Origin: Macrostomum lignano
Taxonomy: Eukaryota
Reading direction: 5' to 3'
Assembly: GCA_002269645.1 (NCBI GenBank)
Contig: NIVC01001776.1
Span: 388,809 to 452,808, forward strand
Length of the DNA: 64,000 bases
Both the position numbers and the translations under genes were made by a program. Each line of letters starts with the position of its first letter. The stretch's first letter is position 1. This document shows positions 52,968 to 64,000 of the stretch, one piece after another. The notes under the pieces were generated by a model. The model was not told where the DNA came from, did no database searches, and was given only the letters and a program-made list of their open reading frames with translations.

Positions 52968-55900
52968 ACGTCGCAGCTGAATGCTAAAATGTGGATGGAG
53001 TTACGCAACACCCATCACCTTTCCCTGGTAGCCTGACAAAGGCTACAGCACGCACATAAAACAGCTTGAAAGCCTACCAGCTCTCATTTAGTCACGCTAA
53101 TCATCTCGTTTTGATCAGCCAATATCCGCGCTTGCAAAAGAGACCAAGTTATTCATAGTCTGTTTACCCGAAATCCAGTTTCACTTCCTCATCGGATGCA
53201 TCCGGTAAATGACTGGTTTGAAGATTCAACAGACAATATTTTATGATTTTGTTGCTGGTGTTAAATAAGTGTTAGCAGCTTTACTAAGAATGAACTACGA
53301 GGATTGAGTGAGAAGTTCGCTAGCTGTTATATGCGAGTGATCACTGTATACTTATGCTGTCACTATTATGCAACAATTTTTCTGCTTTATAAATGCGGTA
53401 ATCGCTGTAAATATTATAAATATTTCATTTACTTAGAATTCATTTACTGCTTTACCTTATCCATCCACACATCTTTTGATGTTTTCACTGCACTAACGCG
53501 AAAGATGTGTGGAATAAGGATTGTTGCTTAGTTTGTTGCTGAATTAAACAGTGGTGAAAAAACGAGCGCATGGACAATTTTGGCCATTGTTTAACATTTT
53601 ACCTACTAACCTAGCCATTCTTTCTGTGACAGATCTGCGAAGTTTACGTTTGTTACGAAAGTGTAAATTTACGAGCGTATATTGATGCACATAGCAATAA
53701 AATTTATTAAAAATGTTGATTAACCTGTCACTTGAAGAATCCAGCAGACATGAAGTTATTTAAGAACTATGCAAGTTGATAACTAAGTGAATGATGATTA
53801 AGGTAGTCAGAGAGATACTTTCAAGAATAATCTAGAAAGTAGGCAATCGAAAAACTTCCTTAAATTAATGCCTAAATTAAATAAAAATAAATACAACAAA
53901 AATGAGGAAGAAGAATAATTATGGAACTTAATAATGATGCAGCTGTAAGATTGTAAAAATTCTGTAGTGAAAAGTTGATTATTTGCATAAATATAGGCAT
54001 ATTTGCATAAACCTTTAAGATGTGACGCAGTTGTTAAAGCATCTCAAATTAAGGCTGTAGCTGCTGCATTGATTTTACGAATTCGGAATGTCATAACCAA
54101 CCGACTGAAATTACCATGTCATAATTGTAATATTGTATACTTATGTACTGTACATGTCCTGAAGGCAGCATCAAGCTGGCAAGAAAAGCTGCGAGTATTA
54201 ATTTATGTTTTTAAGGAATAGAAAACCAAAGGCTTTTACCTGCACGACGGGCATTTTCGAGAGTGCGACAAATTCCGTCTGAGTGACTCCCCACGACCGG
54301 AGCCAAATTATTAGTGTTCTCCTGCTTGGAAAATGCATATAAAGTTTGAAAAATCTTGCTGGGCAATCCAGGCAATCCAGGCTAGGTGCGAACCCGCGAT
54401 ACATACATGAGGCTGGCGAAATCTGAGAAATGTGAAAGACAAGGAATGGGAAATCTGGGGAATGTGAACTCTCGGGGAATGTAAAATCAGAAGAAAGTGA
54501 ATCTTGAGAGTGGGATTGGGATTGGGAATTTTGGGATTGAAAAATGTAAGGAACATAATCTTGTTAATGTAGAATCTGAAGAAACTGGAAGGCTTGTGAA
54601 TGTGCCCCAAAGTTTTAGCTAAATTTTCCACCAAAGATACAAAGACATTGTAATGTCTATCTCATATATAAATTTTCTTTACATTTCATTTATAATATTT
54701 AGAATTCATTTACTGCTTTGTTACTTTCATTTACGTCGTTGGTACATAGAGACGGCTGTCTGAGCTTCTGCGGGGCACAGTGTTGCCCGATCAGAATTTC
54801 ATACTGTCTTCCAGGCCCAGTAGCAAGTACTTTTGACCATTATTCCACAGTTTCTCTTAATTGTGCATTCACCCTATGTGCAAATTCCATCCCGGAGTGA
54901 GTGTTTTGTCACGTGGGTTATTTTATCTACCCGTCACTATCTTTGCACTACCGTGAAATAAGTGTGGGATAGTGGTAGACTGCTTTACACGAGTGTACAA
55001 GCATCCTGAAAACACCTGCAAAAAATGAAGTAATTCAGGAATTAAACAATCAGATGACTACGTGATCGATAGCTAAGGTAAGCAGAGAGTTGAACGTTAA
55101 TAATCTAGAAAGTATGCAATAGGAAAACTACATTTATATTTTAAGAGACCGATGATATAAGGTAATCAAAGAGAAATAGTTGCGTTCCCGAAGCCAGCCA
55201 GATTTCATGTCTCATTTTACATCTAGCTGTAAGATTGAAAAGCTGATGGAAATGATCGACTGGTTTTTTGCATAAATATAAGCTCCGTCATATTTAAGAA
55301 AAACCTGGTCTACTTTAGTTGTGGCACAGTTCTTGAAGCATCTCAAATGAAGGCAGTGGTTACTAAATTCAATTTATTAATTCGGAATTGTCTAACTATT
55401 GTTTAGTGCTTGCATTCTTCTAAGGTACGAGTAGCCTACCGGCGCAACGCTTTTGACGACATCGTCCCACAACGAGCGGTAACGTTTTACCATTTTAACC
55501 TTTTTAACATTTAGACGATAGAGTATTAAATATAGCTGTACGAGCTAGTTCATGTTCACGCTTCAATTCTTTGTACAAGTGTCTTGAAGTTGTCTCTCTA
55601 CCCAGTGCGAGTCAAAATCCGACGTACGATTAGCAATATTAGCAAAATTAGCAATATTTTATCGTTCAGTCTTGGAATTACCACACCTGGTATGGAGTTT
55701 ATCATAACAGGGTTTGCAGCTGAGGCTTTTATTGGGGGCTGCGTCTTGGCAAGTGGCGCCATAGCAAGAGGCGCCAGCGCCATGGAGACGCGCCAGCACA
55801 AAGTGGCGCCAAGGGGCTGCTGATGAGGCCAAAGTAGCCAAAGTGGCTGTTGGAGAACTGCTAGAATTGAGATCAGAGGCGTCAAACCTGCTTTGAAGGG

Positions 55901-58900
55901 GCGCCAAGTCAGCGGGAAATCAGCCATTATTTTTGACAGCCTTTTTGGAGGGCCGGGTCTTCTTGGCCCCCTCCCTAGCCACGGCCTGATCATTTAACCC
56001 TCAGATTAGTAAGAGACAATTAACTAAGTACCTCGTTTCAAAACTTGTTTGCGATATCATTTTCAGGTTTGTTAATTTTTAATAATTGTAAGCACTGGAA
56101 AAGCGAGCACTGGAGAAGCGCTTAGGTTTCCGCAAGCCAGCCAGCAGCTTGCGAACGTGTGATACAGAAAACTTTCAGGAAAATGCGTTGGGTTTGGGGG
56201 TTGACCGTTTCCTAACGACGGCACAGAGAGAAACTGCGTGAGCGCTAAACCTACCCCGCTAAAACTATACATTTTTTGCATTATACATGTACTCGTACAT
56301 GAACCTATGCGTTCTTGTTGACTAGATCAAATACACTGCCTTAAAAATATTCGGTACTGCAAATTCTGAGATGTGAGCCTCGCACTCATAATAGGGCCTT
56401 TACAGGCCAGTGTGTTTGAAAGTCTTTCTGCCATGCAAGCAGAAGATACGAGAAAAAAAACTTGTTAATGAGAGTAATGACTTTTAGAAATAAAGGAGCG
56501 TTCAGCACAGAACAGAGAATTCCCTTGTACTTGCACATGCAGATGGCTCTCTTCAGATGTGTTGCTAAAAATAGCTTCTGGGTGCGGGCGGCGTCCAGCT
56601 CGCACAAGCAGGCAGGCCACGTATCGCGGGTTTGCGCCTTGTCTCCAGCCTGCTGGCTGACGCTGGCGCCCTGAATTCGGTCGGCGACGTGGCCTTCCTT
56701 TGCGACTTGTACCGCTAATGTCAAAGGACTGTCAGCGTATCTTGCTGTTTTCCTTGCGACGCCGAGGAAATCTGGGAATTTATAATTTGGAATTGTGAAA
56801 TCTGGGAAATGTAAAATCTGGGGAATGTGAAATCTTAGGAACGTGAAACATGGAGGAAAGCAAAACCTGGGGAATGTGAAATCTGAGAAATTTAAAATCT
56901 GGGGGGGTATAAACTCTGAGGGAATGTAAAATCTGGGGGAATGTGAAATCTGGGAGATATGAAATCTGGGGAATGTAGAATCGAGAAAATGTAAAACCTA
57001 CCCTAAAGTTCTAGCTAAAGTTCTCCACTAAAAAGACCAAATGAGAGCGACGAAACTTATATTCAAGCTGTTTCTGCCCCACAGTACTTTTAGCTCGCAC
57101 AGCTCGCAGTTGTTGAACTAAACTAAAAGAAGAATTCATAAATATTCTGAAAACCGTTGTGAATCCGGACAGAGTCCATAAAGACAATTTTAGTCTCTTA
57201 ACTTTGACGACAATGACATCCGCCAGACCCAATGTCACATGCTTGTAATCATTCCCTGCAGTTGACTGCTTTGCCTTTGGGCTTTGAACTTTGAACAATA
57301 AATAAAGAACTCTAAAGTTCACAGAAAAACTAAAGTTCCCTTTTTGTACAGCGTTAGGCGGCGTACAGAGAACAGTGCATGCTTGGTCTGAAAGCGCATG
57401 CACAGTACAGATCAAGCGTGCGTCCTCTGCTTCTCTTTCCTCGCATGCTACGTACAATGGTGATGTAAAGGGCGGCAACAACGCACGCATACACCCACAC
57501 TCCAACTCTATTTAAACAATTCTACTGACTGAATTTCCATGGAAGAGCCATGGAATTGCCTTTTAGTTGTACTTGAAAAAAGGGCAAACTCCAACTGCTT
57601 AAGAGAAAATTTGCCGCGGAAAAGCCGTGGGTTTTACTTGGATTTTACTTGGATCTGCCACAGGGTTTCCTCAGCTTCGCCTGTAAAATCATGGCTTTTC
57701 TACTTCGTAAGATTTCTCATAAAGTCTACAAGAAGTTGTAAATTGGCCAACATCTCTTGGTGAGTATGTGTCCACATGGACAGTGAGTGAGCACATTTGG
57801 TTACCATAGTTTTCAAGAAATTTGAGCATAATTTGATGGCCATGTTAAAGAGTCCTTTTTTGTTAAGTTAGAATCAGTAGCGGATTTAGAGGGGATTTAC
57901 AGGGCGCGCGGCCCTCCCGTCGAGTTTGATTTTTTATTTTTTTATATGAAAAGTACACATTTTCAGGTAGCTACATATACGTGTAAATGATATGCACAAA
58001 CATGCACCTTAGTAGTCTGCGCCCCCCGTACAAAAATTTCTGGATCCGCAACTGAGCTAGATAAGATAGCTACAGTATGAGTAAAGAATGTCAAAAGTTT
58101 TTCTAAGCTCCTAGATTTTATATTTTACGTAATTAAACTAACAGTTTTTTGTTCGCGAGGCCTTGCATATTGGGCTATATACAGTACATGCTCGTACATA
58201 TATCGTATTGCTGAATTCGATGGATGCGCGGATGGATTTTCACTGTAATATATGATATATCATGCTCATTCATGTAACTACTCGGGTCATTAGAGTATAG
58301 CAAGCATTCAAGTATAATTATGGTCGAGTGAACCATGATTACTTGCTAGCTGCTACTCGTACATTTCATTTTAAGTCAAATAAATATATTAAAATCCCTG
58401 TTTGGAATTTTCGTGGAAAACCTGGTAGCGGTATCTGCGCTTAACTTAGAAAACTTATATGAGCTAGGTTTTTGCGCAATAAATACATTTATAAGTTGGT
58501 TTTATTTTTTTAAATTTACTCGTTATCGTAAAAAATTTTTTTTGTTTTTTAATTTAAAAACAATCGATGGAGTTCGTCGTACAGCAATGTGACGAACTAC
58601 GAGCGTCAGACCGATGTCAGCAAACCATTATTGCGTTGCGGCAGCATCTTCGATGATACATGCAATATAATCGAACAAACACATTTGGAAATCAGATGAC
58701 GTTTCAAAATAGATTTTTTATATACTCGTAATTATACATGCATACTGTTATATTGTTCTGTTGCACGAAAGAAAACCTCAAGAGAACGAGCCTAGGGCTG
58801 TTTACGCGGGTTTGTGCCAGACGTGCACTGTAAGGGGGGGGTGCTTTCACAAGGTCGAAATTTCACAACGTCGAAATTTCACAACGTCGAAAAGTAAATT

Positions 58901-59938
58901 ATCTCACTATAGGTCGAAACTTTACAGGGTTGAAATTTTAGAACATTGAAAGCTTAAGCAGTGGTAGCGCAGTATCTCTGGTTGGGGGGGGGCAGTAGTT
59001 AGGTGGTCACCCCTTTACAATTAAACCCTTACCCTTACAAGGCGGTCACACTTCTTACAAAACGAATTTACAACACGAAAATTCTTATAAAAATGCATTT
59101 TTAATCATTGATGCAAGTTGCATTACAGGGGTGACCATCTCCCTCCATTCCTAGGGTCTTTTCTAGGGCCGTGGGGATGGTGGGGTCGTCACCCCCCCCC
59201 TTGAGACAGTGACCTGTGGTCACCCGGGGGCAGTTGCCCCCCTGCCCCCTCCCCCTGCGCCGTAACTGAACTCTAGCAAGAGACTTCATAAGGTTAAAAT
59301 TTCGCTAGATCGAAATTAAAATTAAGCGTATTACGAACGTACAAAAGAAGTTTTTAGCCTCTGCAAAATTTAGTCAAAAATTTTTGTTGTTTAAAGGGGG
59401 TGCCTAGCGGGGCTACCGCGTGGCTCAGCCCAACAACTTATTCCAAGCAATTGAACTGGCGCTTTTTGTCTGACCCCAATTAAAATTTTTGTTCTCTCTT
59501 TCACAATTCAAGAATTTCATACTGATAAAAAATCCATACGTACTTTATTGCTTGCAGCTAGAGTTCCTGGAGTTTAAAACTGGACTAGAGTCATGTAATT
59601 GTCCCTACATGTACATTCGGTACGAGGACATAAATCAGAGTGCAAAAGTTAGTAGTACATGTATTCATGTACTTATGATTGGGGGGACCATAGTTAGGTA
59701 GGTGACCCCACCCAGCGAATTTTACAGTTGGTGCAATGCATTACACAAAAATCTTGGAAATTTAGTCCAATTAATAAATACGAGCACTAATATACCTCAC
59801 GTAAAAGTACTTTGATTTTAATGCAAATTTCTTTTGGGCAGTTTCAAGCCTCCCTATAAATCCTGATGCAGAAAGAAACAGAGTCTACATACTGCATCTA
59901 ACCCTAATCGGGATTTTTAGATGCCGGAAGTGAGCGAC

Positions 59939-62900
59939 ATGCGACTGAATCTGCAGATAGCGATTGGCAGAAGCCTGGCGACTCTTCTGCTGCTGTCTGC
60001 TGCACTGCAACTGTGAGTGATGCGCAGCTTAATTTCTTGCACCAAATTAGCCACAACTGGGATTTCTGAGCGGAATCAGGTTTTTTGCTTAGGGTGGGTT
60101 GAATGCTTTTGGATGTCACACTGCATGGGGGCGCCATGCTTGGGGCATAATACTGATTGGTGGGGTGTCATACTGTTGGAGCGCAGTCGTTCGTTCGTTT
60201 GGAGGCTGTCCTTTGTGAGGCTGTCCTTGCTGCACAGTTCTTTGGAGGGCTGTCCTTAACGAGAATGGTGCTTGCAGTGTATGAATTTTAATTTGATTAG
60301 GCCTATATCTTAATACTGTAGCTGCAAAACAGCAAGTCTTTTTGCACGCCATTTCTTGTGTTTCTACTATCAGTAGGACAGTAAGAACTCATCTCTTTAT
60401 CGTTTTGAAATTGGTAAAAATATTAATTTTATCGCTAAATCGATCGCGCGTCCTTACTCCAATGCGTAGAGTACAGATATTTATTGGTTTCTGGTCAGTG
60501 TGCGATTAATAACTGAACCGACGAACCAATAAATTACCTCATTGAAACAATTCTCCCACAATATCCTAACAAGTCCGATTTTTTAACAAAGGGGAGTGAC
60601 CCTTCCGTAGTTTTAAACTACAATATCTATTTTACAACAGCAAAGCTACTTTTCTATTCTTCTCCCAGAGTTCTCGCTGGCAACCGGTACTGCTATCCGC
60701 GTGGCAACATCAATGAGTTCCAGCTCAGCAAAAAACTCGAGTTCATTGAGGATCGAATCATCCCTAAAACTGACGCGGACCCTGTGCCTGAGGAAGGGCT
60801 CAACTGCAAATGGAAGATTCTGACTGACCACCTTGACAAAGCCGTTGTGGTTCTGACTGGCTTTGACACGGCGCCTCACCAAAGCAAGCGGAGGTGGGCA
60901 AGATCTGTAGATTCAGCTGCACAGCAACCGATGCGATACGAACTGCACTCGAAGGCTTCGGACTGTAAGCAGAACTTTGAGCACAGTTAAACTTGCTATT
61001 ATACTCGTACATGTAGTATTGGTTTCGATTTCCAGTTCTAACCATTACCGTAAACAAGCAGTCAGTAGTTTTTGACCCATGCTAGCTGGTACTTAATAAA
61101 AACAGCAAATGCTTTCATTCTCACCCTGCTAATAAAAATCCCAATGCATTTCCAGCCACTTGCTCGTCGCCTTCAACAAGCGAGCCAAAGCCAGTGGAAC
61201 TGGAGATGCTGCGCGTGCTGCAACTGACCAAAGGGTACGATAGAGCTGGCCAATTCTCTGAGATCTATAATTCTGTAATTGAACTCAACCACTGCACTCT
61301 ACATAAAAACTGTAGGAGCTACCTGACGGTCTCATTCCGGCTGAATCGGAAAAGCTCAGCGAATATCCCGACTCTGAGAATTCGGCTGATGGAGCCGGGA
61401 TTCTGCGGCAGAAATGTGACTAATTTTGAGAGCAGCTGCTACACCACTGGATCGGTTCGTCGGTCCCTGACTGCTGAGCTCGCTGCGATGAGCGCTGACA
61501 GCGGAGTCATGAGGCTCGCCAGCTTCAACAGCTCCGCGGCTCTGCAGAACTTCGTCAAAGAGAGTAAGCTGGAGTGAGCCGGTGGCTTTTTAAACACTTA
61601 GCGAAATGAAACAATAATGTACGAATTACTAGTGCATGAAGACTATATATCTTAAAACAGGGCTGAGTGCTGCTGTGTTAGTGAACTTCCCTCAATATAC
61701 TACATGCATGTCAGGAATGGATTAGGGATAAAAACAAAGCCATCTTAGAAATAGCACCTTAAATTACACTACAAAAGCTTATTAAATTGCAATCAAATGA
61801 AGTAAAATTCTATATTCCATTGCACATAGCTATTGAATTTAATGGCTCCTGAGAATGAGTGCGAATGAGCCTTTCCCTGAGAAATTTTAACTGAGAAATT
61901 CCCTGAGGTATTCCTACGGTTAATGTCTGTGGCGTGCAGCTTGCATTGAATCAACTTGAAGTCTATCACCAAATTTTAGAGTACAGTAACATTTCGGGTC
62001 AAGAAAACTGGTAAATTCAGGTCTTGTACCCGCCATGTCAGTACCAAATCAATATTTAAAGCTTATTACAACGTAACAGCGCAGGTAAAGAAAGAATGCA
62101 TGCGTTGCCAGAAGTTTTGCCTTGATAATTGTGCTGCGGTGTACGAGCGTATGCATCAAATTTGAACAATTGCTCAAAAATGCTCATTTTCGCCACTGAA
62201 AAAAAACATTTTTCACCAGATTGCCAATCATAATCAAGACAATGATTAAAAGGTTTAATCACACTCTGTAGGTAATTTAAGCCGAATTAATTGGCGAATT
62301 TTCAAATTAATTAATAATAATTAATGCAAATTAAAAACTGCATTTCCAAATTCGCTCGTATTTCAATAAAGTTTTCAAGTTACAAACCTGCTTCGTTTTA
62401 TTTGCTGTTGCATCTCATACCCCAAGCTCCTATGGCCTAAGCTACATAATTTTTGCAATATGCATGCTTCACACAGCATCAATAATATGGCCCATGATAC
62501 CAGATAGCGCTATAATCAGAAACATAAAGTTGTCCTGCACTTACTTTTATATCGATAGTTTTCATATTATTATCGAATAATATTCACAAGTTTCAGGCCC
62601 ACAAAGCCGTTATGTTAAACCGCCGCAAAACCCACAATAGGAGCAGTACGCACGAGAGATGTAAATTCCTCGCCTGCAGTAACTTAGAAATGGTTTTCAT
62701 TGCCAGCTTATTGAACGCATGCAGTGTCCTTTACTGAACATCGCTGTTTACCTTGGGTTGTAGACCGCACACCTTAACTTTTGCACAATTTCACTCCACT
62801 TGAACACCGGCTTCAGGCCAGCGAACTCGCGTCGGCTCCGGCCTGAGCACCCGCAGCAAGGAGCCGCTGAGTCTTGCACAGAGGCTTCGCATCGGACTGT

Positions 62901-63597
62901 TCTATGAGCACAGGACCAAGAAGGTCTTCTACCTGAACTGCGGGGCAGAAGACTGCAAAATAGCTGAGTTCGAGGATGCTGATAAGCTGTGAGTTTCTTA
63001 ACTTGAGAATAGCAGTTTATCTGCTGTCGGAACAATTGGCTGGCTAATTAAATCAAATTTCACAACTATTTACACTTTAATTCCAGAAACCATACCGTCC
63101 AGAGTACGAACTCCTCAGTTTCCTGTGGTTCACTCAGAGCTGTCAATCTTACCATTGATGGTGAGGTACTCGGGCTGGTGAGCTTTACGGACTGCAGTGA
63201 GCAGCTTCCGGCTCTGATCAGCTTCCCGGATGCGGCCAGAAACAGATGCGGAGACTCGATCCAACCTGTGCTCAACTGGATGCTTGCGGCTGCCCAGCCG
63301 GCTGCGGAAGAAGAGCAAACAAGTCCCAGTCCTGAACGGATGAGGCTGATTGTCGTTCAACTTGTGGCTGCTGGTTTGATTCTATTGTTATTTCTCTCTA
63401 CTTTAACGCTAATTTTTGTGAGTCGACTGCAATGCCTTCAACGTGAAGCAGCAGCTTCGCCAAAGACGGTCCCAGGCCCCGTTGAAAAGGGAGGAGGGCC
63501 TGAGGGGGCCTGCCAATCCGACGCCCAAAAACCTCTGGTTCATTCTGGCTACAGCACGCACATAAAACAGCTTGAAAGCCTACCAGCTCTCATTTAG
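59939..63597 (+). CDS. Host CUB-like / C-type-lectin-like single-pass membrane protein, copy 2 (multi-exon)
   Basis: Near-identical exon series to 48972-52967, with an altered C-terminus. Confidence 0.65.
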
Positions 63598-64000
63598 TCA
63601 CGCCAATCATCTCGCTTTGATCAGCCAATATCCGCGCTTGCAAAAGAGACAAAATCATTAATAATTATGGAGTCTGTTTGCTCGAAATCCAGTTTCACTT
63701 CCTCATCGGACGCATCCGGAAATGACTGGTTTGAAGATTCAACAGACAATATTTTATGATTTTGTTGCTGGTGTTAACTAAGTGTTAGCAGCTTTACTAA
63801 GAATGAACTACGAGGATTGAGTGAGAAGTTCGCTAGCTGTTATATGCGAGTGATCACTGTACACTTATGCTGTCACTAATATGCAACAATTTTTCTGCTT
63901 TATAAATGCGGTAATCGCTGTAAATATTATAAATATTTCATTTGTTTATAATTCATTTACTACTTTACCTATCCTTCCACACATCTGATGTTTTCACTGC

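Larger units (their letters stand above)
48955..53480 (+). repeat. Local segmental duplication, paired with about 59922-64000
   Basis: Exons, introns and 3' flank align in the same orientation. The upstream block ~46560-48400 also matches ~56395-57855. Confidence 0.88.

Noticed and set aside
57885-59320. Short GC-rich patches (57885-58050, 58970-59280) as MITE ends
   Set aside because: They resemble small non-autonomous elements, but I could not establish matching TIRs and a TSD by eye.

Overview
Eukaryotic, invertebrate-animal-like genomic DNA with spliceosomal introns, tRNA-derived SINEs and many minisatellites. I cannot identify the species from sequence alone. The main feature is a complete 17,749-bp Polinton/Maverick (adintovirus-type endogenous dsDNA virus) at 5475-23223. 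It has ~365-bp terminal inverted repeats beginning AGTAGT and a 6-bp target-site duplication (GCCCGC), and it is inserted into a coding exon of a host receptor-like gene. It encodes protein-primed PolB (split by one frameshift), major and minor capsid proteins, packaging ATPase, adenain protease, a lectin-tipped fibre, membrane-active proteins, and a PLA2-integrase ORF. The most striking observation is a 301-nt ORF-less group I ribozyme intron (IC1-like; P1-P10 can be paired by eye) at 20843-21143. It interrupts the PLA2 calcium-binding loop (YNFTG|PGT), appears to end in A rather than the near-universal G, and lies next to a free-standing HNH endonuclease gene and a four-hairpin cluster. The rest of the window is a tandem cluster of divergent type I membrane receptor-like genes, six CORE-type SINEs, local duplications and about a dozen minisatellite arrays. 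All pairings, alignments and domain calls were made by eye without tools.
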